From the IMG/VR virus record IMGVR_UViG_3300027793_000055, positions 32,001 through 96,000 of that record: 64,000 nt of DNA; one strand, 5' to 3'. The notes under the pieces were generated by a model, which was not told the DNA's origin, did not search any database, and worked only from the letters and a program-made list of their open reading frames with translations. Below, piece by piece: positions 45,961 to 57,840 of this stretch. The position numbers were made by a program, and so were the translations under genes. Source of the stretch: a virus. Within the stretch, counting starts at the first letter, position 1, and every line of letters starts with the position of its first letter.

Positions 45961-48228
45961 TTACTTGCAAATAGCAGGATTTGGTAAAGTTTTATGTTTA
46001 AATTTAAAATCAATTTCTATGATTTTGCCAGTTGTTTTTGATCTAATTTTTAATCTATAGTTTTTATTCCAAACTTTCTCTTCTGTTAATCCTAAAACCA
46101 CATCTTCTTTAACTAATTCTGCTGATTCTTTTATTGAACCGTCTTCATTGTAGTATCTACTTTCCTGTTCATTAACAATTGTTTGTAGTGCGTTTGGAAT
46201 TATATGTAAAAACCGTTTTACAGACTTAAACGGAGTCTTGTCATCTGATTTTTTTAAATCAACAGTCTTTATAAGTGGATAGATTGTTCCTTCCTGGTTT
46301 GTTACTACTACTTCATAAATTGGTGATGGATTAGAAATATTACCATGAATATCTACTGTTCTAAACATATAATAATAATTTGTATTTGGTTCTATGTGAT
46401 CCAAATAGGTTGAGTGATTTGTTTTTAGAGTTGAACATATTTCTCTGCTTATATTATCTGTTACATTTTGTACTGTTGTTGAAGCTGTTACAAAAGTATC
46501 CCTAAACTGAATATATGAGGTTGGATGAAAATCCAGTCTAAATATTTGAAAATATAATGGCCTATCATCGCCATCGAACATCAGCTGATCCTGTATGGAA
46601 GTCAACTTTTGACTTAGTATATTATTTTCAAATATTGCCCTATCTTGCGGTTGTATCAACACAGGTACAGCTCTAAATTCACTTATTGAAGAATTAAGTT
46701 GAATAAATATTTTATTATCTATACCAATCAATCCATCTATTTGTACTTCTGGAGGTGGTGGTGGATGGTCAAAAACAGCCATATTATCAGAAACGCTTTG
46801 TTTCTTAAAAAATACAGGATAGTAGTTAAAAGCTTCGAAGCCTAAATTAAGCATAGCCTGAACTAAAGTAGATAGAAATTCGTTATCAACAATTGTATCT
46901 GAAGTTTCGGTAGAAATGTCTATTATTTGTTTGCCATATTTTGGGTTGAGTTTGACCATTTCTTGAAAAATTAAAAACCATTGTTCATTTGTCAAAGAAT
47001 TTATCAAGGCAGTATTTAAATTCTGTTCTAGTGAAAAATAAAAATCATTAAATGAATAAATATAATTTTTACCAAACTTAACTTGCGTATCATATAAAGT
47101 ATATTCACTTCTTTCGCTTATGTTTGGTAAATAAAAAGATTGTACTAATCCTTCTTGTGAATCTTTATTTATCTCTGTCATAAACATTTCTGTATAAAAT
47201 GACTGCCCTCCAAAAAATTGTTCTGGTGTTAATTTAGCATTTTCAACTACTTGAGACAGTCTAGCCATCAAAATGGCCATTTTAATTGAACGAGATATGG
47301 AAGAAGATTGATTTTTAGCTATTGCAGCTGCTGCTCTTGAAAGATTATTATTTGTCTGCTGCGATTGTGGAGGTATTTCTCCCAAACGAAAAATGGAATT
47401 AATATCATAATTTCTGATTAATTGGTTTATCTGTGTTTGAAATTGTGCATAATTGTCAAACTTTTTTCCTAAAACAGTTTCTGTGTTGGTCTGAGTTCCT
47501 ATAGAAACTGTTCCTTCTTGTTCAGAAATAATATCGGATGTAATTTTTAGCTCTATGTCCTCAAAATAGTTTTTACTATAAGCAACAAACTCGCTACAAA
47601 AATCATCAGTAAAATCTGTACCTTCTAGTATAGCTGCAAATGAACCAATAGCAGGTTTTTGAAAATCTAGTTTTATACTAAATGGCAATGTATTACTATT
47701 TTTATTTACATCATCAATTCTTACTAATAATTTTTTACTAATATATATTTCCTGTTGTAAAGTAGCTATATCAGAAAATTCTGTGGTACCATTATTTAAT
47801 GATTTGGCATACTTTTCGGCATAATTGTCAAAATATTCTAATAAATTTCCACTATTCGTAGCTTTAATTTGTATATTATCTTTTACTGTGATTATATCAT
47901 TATACAAAGCACTTTCATTGTTTAAATCATCACCATAAATATATAAATTAGGTAAACCAGATTCGGCAATCCTTATATTTTCTTTTGTTATATCTTCATA
48001 AAAATCTGTATAAAAATTATAATCACTATTAATATTATATGTTAGCTCTTCTATTTGTGTCGAAGATATTACATCTTCGTCTACTTTTATTGATACTTCT
48101 CGCGTATTAGAAGTGTCATAATTATTTAATATATCTGTAACAATATTTTTAAGAATAGCTATAGCTATTCTGCCAGAGTTATTTCCGACTGTCTCAATTG
48201 GATTACTAAAATCTATTATAATTCCCAT
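45961..48228 (-). CDS. Large structural-region hypothetical protein
   Basis: 755-aa ORF; FN3-like C-terminal YYYMFR..D.HGN.SNP. Confidence 0.55.
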   Translation of the reverse strand: MGIIIDFSNPIETVGNNSGRIAIAILKNIVTDILNNYDTSNTREVSIKVDEDVISSTQIEELTYNINSDYNFYTDFYEDITKENIRIAESGLPNLYIYGDDLNNESALYNDIITVKDNIQIKATNSGNLLEYFDNYAEKYAKSLNNGTTEFSDIATLQQEIYISKKLLVRIDDVNKNSNTLPFSIKLDFQKPAIGSFAAILEGTDFTDDFCSEFVAYSKNYFEDIELKITSDIISEQEGTVSIGTQTNTETVLGKKFDNYAQFQTQINQLIRNYDINSIFRLGEIPPQSQQTNNNLSRAAAAIAKNQSSSISRSIKMAILMARLSQVVENAKLTPEQFFGGQSFYTEMFMTEINKDSQEGLVQSFYLPNISERSEYTLYDTQVKFGKNYIYSFNDFYFSLEQNLNTALINSLTNEQWFLIFQEMVKLNPKYGKQIIDISTETSDTIVDNEFLSTLVQAMLNLGFEAFNYYPVFFKKQSVSDNMAVFDHPPPPPEVQIDGLIGIDNKIFIQLNSSISEFRAVPVLIQPQDRAIFENNILSQKLTSIQDQLMFDGDDRPLYFQIFRLDFHPTSYIQFRDTFVTASTTVQNVTDNISREICSTLKTNHSTYLDHIEPNTNYYYMFRTVDIHGNISNPSPIYEVVVTNQEGTIYPLIKTVDLKKSDDKTPFKSVKRFLHIIPNALQTIVNEQESRYYNEDGSIKESAELVKEDVVLGLTEEKVWNKNYRLKIRSKTTGKIIEIDFKFKHKTLPNPAICK

Positions 48229-48233
48229 TTTGT

Positions 48234-51200
48234 TTACCCATTAAATTTATTATTACGCGAAAATAGAGCCAAACTACCAGCAACAGCTACAGTCTGATTT
48301 ACCATTATCGGCATACCAGTTGTTAATTGTGGTGGTAAAATAATTGGTGGGCGAGGAAGTTTTGGTACCAAATCACCCGGACTGATATTTGGAGGACGTA
48401 TGGTGATATTGTCATTATCTATTATTCTTGCCTCTGTTAAAGACAGACTTCTAAATACGCCACTTATCTGTATACCATGTGGAGCAAGAAAGCTATATTT
48501 TGTTGTTTCATATGAGTCATTTCTTAATACATTTCTACCATTTATTGAATAGCTTACTTCTGGTTCTTGTTCATTATTGAAATATTTTTGGATTTCAAAG
48601 TTACAACGATTTTCATATCTTTGTTTACTTATAGAAGTAATAGAATTGGGGCTTGGATTAATTTCAGTAGCACTTATTAAAAAACATTCATTAATAAAAG
48701 TATTTGTTAATGCTTGATTGTGTTTATAAGATATATCACTAAAATCATATGGCTGCATCTTGCAAAAAAGAAATTGACCTGTTGTTTCTGGTAACGATAA
48801 AATTATAGATCTATTAACATTTGCCCATCTTGGTTCTTGTACTTTAAATGTTTTTGTTTCTTGATCAAATTCAAAACCGGTTAGGCACATAACGGTATTA
48901 ATTAATTCATATTTAAGACGAACTTCTGCATCAGACAATGATATGCCTGTTTGTTCTGTCTTATTCTTAATTAAAGATTTAATATGATTTGGAATTACAG
49001 TTAGATTTCTTGTAGAAGTTTTAGTATTTTTAATCAAATTTATTACATCGGTACCACCTAATATTGTGGCTGAAGTGGGTGTAATTTTTTCAAAAATATT
49101 ATCATCGTTCGATGTATCAAATATAATTTCTAGCTGTTTTGGTGATTTATCTACTGTTGGTGAAATTAATGTAGAAAATAAAGTATTTAGTACTTTTTTG
49201 TCATTAATAGTAAAATTCCTACTTCTATCAGAAACAGCTTCTCTAAATGGATTTACTATTCTACTATCTACAGATGTTTGCAGTTCTCTTACGGCACCTA
49301 AATTAATATTTTGATTACTCAAAGGCTCTGAAAATATTTCTACTTCTAGATCTGCCAAATCTGTAAGAATTTTACCAAGTTTATTAAATACAACTTCGTT
49401 TTGTTCATTTAGATTTCTAGTAGATGTATTCTTGCTATTTATATCATATTTTTTAGAAATAAGATCTGTCTTTATAACATCGTACAGGAAAGAACCCTCT
49501 GAATTAATACCACTTGTGTCTCTTCTTGTATGATCTAGATATTCTAAAAGATATTCACTTTCAAAATTTATATTTGAACTAAAGTTCTTTTGTATTTTTA
49601 AAGTTTTAGCTGCAGCAGTTACTCTTTGTTGTGTAGCAAATGCATCACCCTTTTCATTTAAACTGTTATTAACTACTGATGTTGATTCGATTGAATCTTG
49701 CAAAGCCTTTATTACTATATCATATGTATCTAAAATATACGATATAGTTGTTGGAGTTCCTTGTATTGGATTGGCCCATTTAGTTAATATACTTGATAAT
49801 GGTTCTGGAGATATCGTTGTTTGATCGCTACTAGTAGCTGTTGTTAAATTAAATATTTTTTGTAAAGTTTGTAATAATGTCCTAAAACTCTGAGCAGTTG
49901 GTACCTGAACGTTATTGAACGCACCGTTTCTAAAACGATTTGTAGTTTCGTTAAAATTGCCCGGTAATATACTATTATTGTAATATTCTACTATTGCTGA
50001 TTTTTCAATTTCTAGATTTGTTTTTATATTTTTTATTGGAGTTACCAAATCTTCCTTGATCTCTAATTCCAATCTGTATTCATATGAACCTTGTTTAAGC
50101 TGTTCTGTGTGGAAGAGCGAAAGCATTATTAATTGTTCTATATTTTGGCCGGCTCTAATATTACCAGGTAAAAAAATGTTTTTTATAGCTGCCTCAATTT
50201 GTTGTCTTTCTAGAAGTTGACATACTATTTTTTCTGTTGTTTTATTTGGTGTAAGTGACTCATCAATATCAATTCTTTTTGCAAATAAAGTAACTGCTTC
50301 AATTGACATATATTTATAATATTGTTCAATTAGATCTGCAGATCTAGTATTTGCACTTTTTGATAATACCAACCCTATAATTGAGTTTTTTATAAACATC
50401 TTTTTAAGATCAATAAAGAAATTTATAGTTGCGTTACCTAAAGCATCAATTGATGTATGTGCCTCAGATATAAAAGAGTTATCGTAATCACTAAATTGAT
50501 TTCTAATAGCTGTTTCTACGTTATCTAATTCTTCAGAATCGGGTACAACAATTGTATTAAGAAAATTCTTGACCGCTCTTAGTTGTCTTAGATCTTGAAT
50601 CTTATAATTTTCTACTTCTCTAACAAAAAGATCAACAGAATTAGCTGTTTCTGTTTGTCCGGATCTGAAAACAGTCTGGCCATTACGATTAATTAAATGA
50701 ACCGGACCCGGCCATAATTGCTCTGCTTCGTCAACATAAACAGTTGATGTTTGTTCAACCAAACCATTACTGATAACAGATTCTACAAATATCTCTCCAA
50801 CCTGAATTGCAAATGCACCTTGTTGTTCTACTTGTCCTATCAAGGAACTTAAATCATATGTTGTGCCAACTAGAAAACTAAGATGCTCGGTATTTTCTTC
50901 TGCAATCCTTTCAAAATCAATATCGATATAAATATTGTAAATATTATTACCATTATTATCTACTATTCTTTCTGCTTTACCATTTTTAACCAGTTCTTGT
51001 AGTTTATTTTTTGCACCGGGACCAGCTAAATCGAACAGATTTATTTCTTTATATTCTATCTCTGAAAAATTAGAGATAATATTTTCATTTCGCAAAATAC
51101 GTTTATATTGAGAAAATTGATCTGCATTACTAAAAAATCCCCGCTCTTTGGTACTATCAAAGGCCAATTTTAATCTCTCTGTTGCTTTTGGATTTGTACT

Positions 51201-51440
51201 TTGAATTACAAATATTTTTAAATATTGTAAAGCAGTACTGTCTTCTAACCATGAAGATACATCATCATTAGAGAATGATTGTCTGAATAATAACTGTATA
51301 TTCGCTAGTAATTTATCTTCTTCTGTTGATTGTAAAATAATTCTAGAAATATTAACATTTGGCAAAAGACTGCCGGCTATATCTTCATTAGTTACAATCA
51401 TATCAACACTTCTCCAGTAGATCTTCAGCTTTAACGTCAC
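48234..51440 (-). CDS. Large structural-region hypothetical protein (true start perhaps 51401)
   Basis: Long ORF in the baseplate cluster. Confidence 0.55.
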   Translation of the reverse strand: MTLKLKIYWRSVDMIVTNEDIAGSLLPNVNISRIILQSTEEDKLLANIQLLFRQSFSNDDVSSWLEDSTALQYLKIFVIQSTNPKATERLKLAFDSTKERGFFSNADQFSQYKRILRNENIISNFSEIEYKEINLFDLAGPGAKNKLQELVKNGKAERIVDNNGNNIYNIYIDIDFERIAEENTEHLSFLVGTTYDLSSLIGQVEQQGAFAIQVGEIFVESVISNGLVEQTSTVYVDEAEQLWPGPVHLINRNGQTVFRSGQTETANSVDLFVREVENYKIQDLRQLRAVKNFLNTIVVPDSEELDNVETAIRNQFSDYDNSFISEAHTSIDALGNATINFFIDLKKMFIKNSIIGLVLSKSANTRSADLIEQYYKYMSIEAVTLFAKRIDIDESLTPNKTTEKIVCQLLERQQIEAAIKNIFLPGNIRAGQNIEQLIMLSLFHTEQLKQGSYEYRLELEIKEDLVTPIKNIKTNLEIEKSAIVEYYNNSILPGNFNETTNRFRNGAFNNVQVPTAQSFRTLLQTLQKIFNLTTATSSDQTTISPEPLSSILTKWANPIQGTPTTISYILDTYDIVIKALQDSIESTSVVNNSLNEKGDAFATQQRVTAAAKTLKIQKNFSSNINFESEYLLEYLDHTRRDTSGINSEGSFLYDVIKTDLISKKYDINSKNTSTRNLNEQNEVVFNKLGKILTDLADLEVEIFSEPLSNQNINLGAVRELQTSVDSRIVNPFREAVSDRSRNFTINDKKVLNTLFSTLISPTVDKSPKQLEIIFDTSNDDNIFEKITPTSATILGGTDVINLIKNTKTSTRNLTVIPNHIKSLIKNKTEQTGISLSDAEVRLKYELINTVMCLTGFEFDQETKTFKVQEPRWANVNRSIILSLPETTGQFLFCKMQPYDFSDISYKHNQALTNTFINECFLISATEINPSPNSITSISKQRYENRCNFEIQKYFNNEQEPEVSYSINGRNVLRNDSYETTKYSFLAPHGIQISGVFRSLSLTEARIIDNDNITIRPPNISPGDLVPKLPRPPIILPPQLTTGMPIMVNQTVAVAGSLALFSRNNKFNG

Positions 51441-52446
51441 TAGTAATTCTAGGATCAGTTAGGCTTCCATATAATTCTTCGCATTCTAAATCAATTTGAT
51501 TTGTTGCTACCAACTTCTTCTTTTCTGCATCTGATAGATCTTTGCATAATACTCTTGAATCAATTTCTCTATCTGCCTGAATATTAAAATAATATTCAGC
51601 CATTTCTAATCTTTCTGGCTTATATTCCGGTGATTTATCCTGTTCGTCTAAAAGAATATTATTAACTATATTTTGTGTTTTTTTATTAAAATATAATTGT
51701 TTTAAAGACTCGCCACTTATACTATCATCTTCAATTATTTCAAACAATTCAATATCAAAATTCTCTTGATTAAATTGTGCATTTAATTCTTGTAGATCAA
51801 GTAAAATATAATCTTCTCTAACTTGTATAAAAGAATCATCTACGAATCTTGAGGATAAGTTATTTAGATCACTTGTTGGTTGCAATCCAACATCAGAAAC
51901 TGTATCCAATACATCACCAGGTACATAATTTTGTACAGTTGATTTCTTGGCTGATTCTATGATATAATCACTGTCTTCTAAGATTAATCTAGTTCTTTTT
52001 GCGGTAATTAGCGTACCGGCTTCATTAGTAACTACTTGTGATATTTTTCCTCTTAAACAATTAATACTCCAAGCGGGAGCATTTCTATTTCCATAGTCTG
52101 AATTAGCTAAAGGCTGGGACATTATTTTCTGAGTAATAACATCGGGAATATATATGTCGGTAAAACTGCCTTTTTTCTTGGATCTAAACTGTTCAACAGC
52201 TTTTTTAAGATCAGTTTCGGGGCTGATAAAGGTATATTGAGTATGTATTCTTGGAGACTCTTTGATACGATTTTGTATATCTTTCTGGGCTTCTTCCGGA
52301 AGATTTGCATATTCTATATCATACACAATATCATCATCAAAGAATTGATAATAAGCCGGCTTAAATATACCTTTAGCTAAAAGCTGTTTGCCATATTGAG
52401 TCAGCTGTATATCTAATACTTCTTCTTTTCTATTGAAAAAGGTCAT
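51403..52446 (-). CDS. Baseplate-region protein, N-terminus paralogous to 45014..45913
   Basis: LDIQLT.YGK.LLAKG.FK.....DDDI.Y. Confidence 0.55.
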   Translation of the reverse strand: MTFFNRKEEVLDIQLTQYGKQLLAKGIFKPAYYQFFDDDIVYDIEYANLPEEAQKDIQNRIKESPRIHTQYTFISPETDLKKAVEQFRSKKKGSFTDIYIPDVITQKIMSQPLANSDYGNRNAPAWSINCLRGKISQVVTNEAGTLITAKRTRLILEDSDYIIESAKKSTVQNYVPGDVLDTVSDVGLQPTSDLNNLSSRFVDDSFIQVREDYILLDLQELNAQFNQENFDIELFEIIEDDSISGESLKQLYFNKKTQNIVNNILLDEQDKSPEYKPERLEMAEYYFNIQADREIDSRVLCKDLSDAEKKKLVATNQIDLECEELYGSLTDPRITSDVKAEDLLEKC

Positions 52447-52456
52447 ACTTTAATTA

Positions 52457-55400
52457 TTATAACCTTGTTCTTTTTCCACGGGTTTTATTTTGTTTATTCA
52501 TAAATCCAGAAGCTAGCTGTCGCTTTGGATCTTTTGCTGTTGTTGAAGTAACTTTTCCTTGATCTAGGAAATCCGGATTATTACCTATGGCAAACCTATT
52601 AGTATCAATACCGGTACCTATGATAGTATTATCGATACTTCCTGTTGCTGTTGGTTTCTCACCATATTCATATGTAACATCAACTTTTGCTAATTCAACT
52701 AGCGAGAAATAGTCATATGGCCAGTTATAGTTATATTTTGGTGTTTGTGCTTCTTGGCTGTTTGCAAAGTTAAATTTAAACCGAACGTCATCTTGGGTGT
52801 CTTCTGTAACTGCAAAGTAATTCCACTCAGCCTTCTTCTTAACCTTGAAAATCATCCAGCGCATATTTGGTGGTAATTTAAAGTTTTCACCAAAAAGTTC
52901 ATTTTCGCCAACGTCATGACTAAAGGTGATTTGTTCTTTTTCTGCTGTTGTAGCGATTTTAGGCATCACACCTTGCCAAATATCAGCAAGATCTTGTTGA
53001 TCTAGATCGTGTGCAAATTCAAACATATACATAACAAATGGATCAATTCCTTCACGATTATCGCGAATCGTTCTGGTTAATGGATTCTTATAATAAGTCA
53101 AGAAATCAAAATTTGGTGGTATAACATATTGTTTCATCAAACGTATCATTCTTGAAATAGAAGTCTCTTTAGGTAGCGTGTTTAGTTCTAGTTGTGTTTT
53201 CTGTGATTCGAAAACAAATGGGTTAACAGAGAAGAAATGATATCCATCAACAAAAGTTGTAACACCTTCAATTGGTCTATCAACAAATGGTATAGCAACA
53301 ATTGCTTCTGATATTGTCTTTTTCTCTGCCAATTGGCCAATCTTTTTAGATTCTGCTTTAAACCCAACCTGTTTAAGTAGTGAACCGGTTGCTGATGTAT
53401 TTATACGATTAGATCTAAAATCAGTATTTAGAGGGAAACTTTCTGCTAGTTCAAGAGTAATACCTTGTGAACCAGTTGGAATTTTTCCATATCCACTCCA
53501 CATACCTCTTCCGTATCCATCAGCTACCCAATAAGAACCGGTGCGTTGTATAAATTGTTGTTCACTAAAATCTAATACCGGTGTTTCTAATTTTGGTGAA
53601 ATAACCCAAAATTGATTTGCTGTATCTGTAGTACCGCGAATACTAGTAGCTTTTCCATCTGGTGTGCTATCTGCCAAAGGATTAATTCCCAAACCAAATA
53701 GGTTAATACAGTCTTGCATAGACATTTTGTTTCTATATGCTGCCGATCCTGTTCCTATTGCTCCACTTATTGCTGGAAAGAATTCGACCAAATTAATATC
53801 TTTTTGAAAATCGGCAAAAGAGGAATCTCTATAAGAGGTTCTAGAAGCACTCAACTCAAAACGTAATATTGCTTCACCTTCAAAATATGGAGGCGTAAAT
53901 GGTGCATATGCAGGATCATTATGTACTACATAATTATCTTCTACAGTACGTTCATTAGATTGTTTGCTTACCGGCCAACCAAAATATCTACCATTCATTG
54001 TTTTTTCAATACTATTTGATCCAGTAATATGATGTTGTGATCTATATGATTCGATCATTACTAAATCAGAAGATTTTTTCATTTTAAGATCAAAGTAGTA
54101 TTTTTTACCAATTTCAAATTTCCAGTCCTTCATTTCACTACTCTTGAAAGAGATCATTGATGAATCACGAAGGAAAAATGTTGGTATTTCTGCTAAGAAA
54201 TTACTCATAGCAAGACTATAAGATGGATCAATTATTTTATCATCTTTTAGATATGCAAATGGTACAGAATTTTTTTGATAAAAACCAATATTGATAAATT
54301 GAGAATTAATTGTAGTAAATCCAGATGATCCAGAAGTAAATAAAGGTTGCCTATAACGATCTGGCTGATGATTACAGTCAAATTTAATATTTAATATAGA
54401 ATTAGAAATATATTTTGAATATAAATCCTCTAATTGTACCTGCAATGAACCGGTCAATGTAATATCGACACTGTTAGAATATATAAAAGAAGACGTAACA
54501 ACATCTGGCTTTTCTAGAAATTCTTGTGGAAATATTAATGATTCGAATGGAATACGAGAATTAATTCTATTCTCAGATATATAAGATGCATCAAAGATAT
54601 ATGGATCTAATCTATTTGTGGCAGATGTTTGAGAACCAGTCAGGCTAATAAGATTACAATTTTTAGATAAAATAGAACACTTATCGAATATATTAAGCTC
54701 TTTAACAGTTAATATGGTAGTTTTTGAACCAGTTATATCTGTAAAATTAATATTTTGAATATCTAGTAAACTAGCAGTTATGATCGGGAAGTCTACAGAA
54801 ATACCGCTTTTTATTGTATTAAAAAGGATACCTGGAGAAAAAAGATATGGCATTACTACATTTTTCGACCAGTAACTTCCGGAATCATCTGTATTGTAAA
54901 TCAATACATCGTTTGCATCTCCAGCGCCGGTACTGGCAGATTGTACCGTTCTGATAAAGGAAAAATATCCACCACCAACATTAGTATCTAAAAAGTCATT
55001 AAATAAGTTAGCCAACTGTAATGTTCTTTCTTGAGGATAGAAGCCATTATATGGTAGCAGTTTTTTAATACCAGAAAGAGTAAACGTTATTTTATCTAAT
55101 TTGGTTACATTAGCATTCTCTTGTTGTAATTCATAAGCATTAGAAATTTCTTCACCCAATACATAAGACTTTATATAACCCTGATCAGAAGAAGAATTTG
55201 CAGCAATTGCAGTTCTATAACTTATACCAGACCCATCATTTTCTAAAAATGCCCTGTTTATTGCTCTAAAATTACCGCCACTATCCTTGACATAATATGG
55301 CATATGGGATGAAATTCTGAATTCTGGTAATATAGAATATTCTTTGCCAATATTTCTAATGTCATCAGAATAATCTTCATAAGAATCAAACCATGGTTTT

Positions 55401-57829
55401 TTATCACCAAATGATTCAGTGGCATATCTCAAGCCAGAATCAAGAGTTGATATCAATGTGCCAGATGGCTTAGAGTCGAAAATATTATTTAATTCATTTT
55501 CGAAATTTCTACTTCGATTTGAAACGCTTTCAAAACCTCCCAAGAAAGCCAAATATTTAGGTTGTGGTACCGGTAAACTCTGAGTCATCGATGAATAGCT
55601 GGGATATGTTGATGGAAATTTATATTTATCGGATAGGCTTAGATCTTTTAATTCCTGTATATACTGCAATAAAACGCTATGTGGAGTGACACGTGTTAAT
55701 TGTTTTTGTACTCCATCAGAAAAAGTTGGGTATTTTGAATCATTGAAATTGATAAAATCAACTGAGCAGCTGGAGAAATAATCTAGCATTACTTCGCGAT
55801 TTAATTCACCACTATTAGCATTAGTTGTTATACGTGTCGCAATAGCTAAATCACCGATAGCAGTACCCGGATCTTGTACAAATTCTCCCTCCATCGTTAA
55901 TCGATTAGTGCCATAAATATCTGTTATTTGTGGTGAATTATCAAAAGAATGTATAGAGTTATTTGATTTAAAAGTGTTTTCTGCAAAACTATTAGTAACG
56001 TTCCACTGTCTACCTGCGTATGTAGCATATCCAGGCAATTCTATATAAGGAGATTGGGTCGCAAGCTCAGTAGTTGTTGGACGATCAATTTGAAAATTTA
56101 AAGAATTTCGTGATACATAAATACTTCTCATTCTATCTAATAATTTATCTCTCCAGAATGCTCTCTGTGTTCCAAGCTGTCTGTCATAACCATCTCTTGT
56201 GAAACCGCTTTGTGTTAAGATATAGGCTGTTCTAGCACGTGTTTCTGCTAGGTATGTATTAACCTCTTTTGGATAAAGAGTCTCTGAAAAGGCGTAGCTA
56301 TGTAATTTAATGACTGGATTGTCTGGATTATTTAATCTATTTGGATCAGAATAATATTTTTTGAGTAAGTCATAGGTTTGCTGACTGCCTTCTTTTATAT
56401 TTAAAGCAGCTAATAATTCTTGATTAGCAAATGTACCTAAATTATTTGTATGAGAAAATTTAAATACATATTTCTCGGTACTACCTTTTAATTCTAAAAC
56501 CTGTTTAAGTGGCTTGTGTTTGATAGTAACCGGTGGATCTATATAGCCAAATACACTATCACTTCTTTTTGACTGTGTTTGTACATTATTAATAACTTTA
56601 GATTTACTGCCTTCAATAGAAACTATATTATTATTTCTTAATTTTCTAGAAACAGGATGTTCTCCTGTACGAATTTGTTTCCAAACTGGATATTGATAGG
56701 CACTATTGGCAATCTCACTAAAAGAAGCAGATAAACCTGGAGAAGAATAAGTAATTGTATTACTCTGTAAATTAATACTCTTCCTACCTTTTATAAGGCT
56801 TCTGATTCCAACATTATCAACTGAAAATTGTTTATTTGTTCCACTTACAACTAAACTAGCACTATTGAAAACTAGTTCTGATGGATTAAAAGGCTTTTGA
56901 TATTGTAAAATACTACCAGAATCGATAACAGAATCAGCAATCCATTTATATCTTAAATCTGTTGATGGTATTGCGTGTTGAACCCAGAAATTGTCATAAT
57001 CCGAAGCTGTTACAAACGTAGTTCCACTCAACTCAACACTTTTTATTGTATTTCTATTAATAGCATGTACAGTAACACCTTCTAAACTACCACTATTGAA
57101 CTGTGCAGCATGCTGTGTTAATTGACTATAAAAAGGCTGTCTAACTTTTATATTTCTTGTAACTAGTGAGTTATTTGGTGAATATTGTTCACTTTCTCTA
57201 TCTAATGCGCCTCTTGAACTTTCTTTACGATCACCGGGAGCACTAAATCTTTCTACAAAAACAGTTTTATTAATATTACCTGTTATTTCTGGTAAAGAAT
57301 AATCTTCAACGCCTTCGATAAATTTTGTTGTTAAAACTCCCGAAGCAGTTAAATTGTTTTGAACAAGACTCTGATTTAGCTCTCTACCAGATGTTTGTAC
57401 AACTTGATAGTTGTGTGAAAAATTACCAAGTCTACGATTTTCATTTTTAATATTTTTTATATTAAGTGGTGATTTTGAAACTGTATCTCTTGTTAAAAGG
57501 GCTTTTGGTGCTTTTGGATCAAAATAATCTGGTCCGTAAACTCGGACTTTTCCTGTTGAACCACTTACTAAAAAGGCTTCTGGTCTATTGGAGGCATCAT
57601 CGGTACCATTGTTAATATGAATATGTCTGTGTTGGTTTCCACCGACCCATTGTTCGGTAAATGGACCCTGCATCGGTGCATCCTGAAGTCCACCATATTC
57701 ATCCTGATGCTGATTTACAATTTCTAAATTACTGCCGACAGCTGCTGTCAATTCAACATTATAGCCAGTATTAACAGATGAACTTACTATTTGGAAAGGC
57801 AGCTTTCCTCGGCGGTTAAAATCAGACAT
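52457..57829 (-). CDS. Very large baseplate-region structural protein
   Basis: 1790-aa ORF; C-terminal YNWPYDYFSLVELAK. Confidence 0.6.
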   Translation of the reverse strand: MSDFNRRGKLPFQIVSSSVNTGYNVELTAAVGSNLEIVNQHQDEYGGLQDAPMQGPFTEQWVGGNQHRHIHINNGTDDASNRPEAFLVSGSTGKVRVYGPDYFDPKAPKALLTRDTVSKSPLNIKNIKNENRRLGNFSHNYQVVQTSGRELNQSLVQNNLTASGVLTTKFIEGVEDYSLPEITGNINKTVFVERFSAPGDRKESSRGALDRESEQYSPNNSLVTRNIKVRQPFYSQLTQHAAQFNSGSLEGVTVHAINRNTIKSVELSGTTFVTASDYDNFWVQHAIPSTDLRYKWIADSVIDSGSILQYQKPFNPSELVFNSASLVVSGTNKQFSVDNVGIRSLIKGRKSINLQSNTITYSSPGLSASFSEIANSAYQYPVWKQIRTGEHPVSRKLRNNNIVSIEGSKSKVINNVQTQSKRSDSVFGYIDPPVTIKHKPLKQVLELKGSTEKYVFKFSHTNNLGTFANQELLAALNIKEGSQQTYDLLKKYYSDPNRLNNPDNPVIKLHSYAFSETLYPKEVNTYLAETRARTAYILTQSGFTRDGYDRQLGTQRAFWRDKLLDRMRSIYVSRNSLNFQIDRPTTTELATQSPYIELPGYATYAGRQWNVTNSFAENTFKSNNSIHSFDNSPQITDIYGTNRLTMEGEFVQDPGTAIGDLAIATRITTNANSGELNREVMLDYFSSCSVDFINFNDSKYPTFSDGVQKQLTRVTPHSVLLQYIQELKDLSLSDKYKFPSTYPSYSSMTQSLPVPQPKYLAFLGGFESVSNRSRNFENELNNIFDSKPSGTLISTLDSGLRYATESFGDKKPWFDSYEDYSDDIRNIGKEYSILPEFRISSHMPYYVKDSGGNFRAINRAFLENDGSGISYRTAIAANSSSDQGYIKSYVLGEEISNAYELQQENANVTKLDKITFTLSGIKKLLPYNGFYPQERTLQLANLFNDFLDTNVGGGYFSFIRTVQSASTGAGDANDVLIYNTDDSGSYWSKNVVMPYLFSPGILFNTIKSGISVDFPIITASLLDIQNINFTDITGSKTTILTVKELNIFDKCSILSKNCNLISLTGSQTSATNRLDPYIFDASYISENRINSRIPFESLIFPQEFLEKPDVVTSSFIYSNSVDITLTGSLQVQLEDLYSKYISNSILNIKFDCNHQPDRYRQPLFTSGSSGFTTINSQFINIGFYQKNSVPFAYLKDDKIIDPSYSLAMSNFLAEIPTFFLRDSSMISFKSSEMKDWKFEIGKKYYFDLKMKKSSDLVMIESYRSQHHITGSNSIEKTMNGRYFGWPVSKQSNERTVEDNYVVHNDPAYAPFTPPYFEGEAILRFELSASRTSYRDSSFADFQKDINLVEFFPAISGAIGTGSAAYRNKMSMQDCINLFGLGINPLADSTPDGKATSIRGTTDTANQFWVISPKLETPVLDFSEQQFIQRTGSYWVADGYGRGMWSGYGKIPTGSQGITLELAESFPLNTDFRSNRINTSATGSLLKQVGFKAESKKIGQLAEKKTISEAIVAIPFVDRPIEGVTTFVDGYHFFSVNPFVFESQKTQLELNTLPKETSISRMIRLMKQYVIPPNFDFLTYYKNPLTRTIRDNREGIDPFVMYMFEFAHDLDQQDLADIWQGVMPKIATTAEKEQITFSHDVGENELFGENFKLPPNMRWMIFKVKKKAEWNYFAVTEDTQDDVRFKFNFANSQEAQTPKYNYNWPYDYFSLVELAKVDVTYEYGEKPTATGSIDNTIIGTGIDTNRFAIGNNPDFLDQGKVTSTTAKDPKRQLASGFMNKQNKTRGKRTRL

Positions 57830-57840
57830 TCAGGAACCTC

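Noticed and set aside
52429-52446. MTFFNR start as an eighth FFY leader
   Set aside because: Lacks Tyr, and the sequence is part of a paralogous baseplate N-domain.
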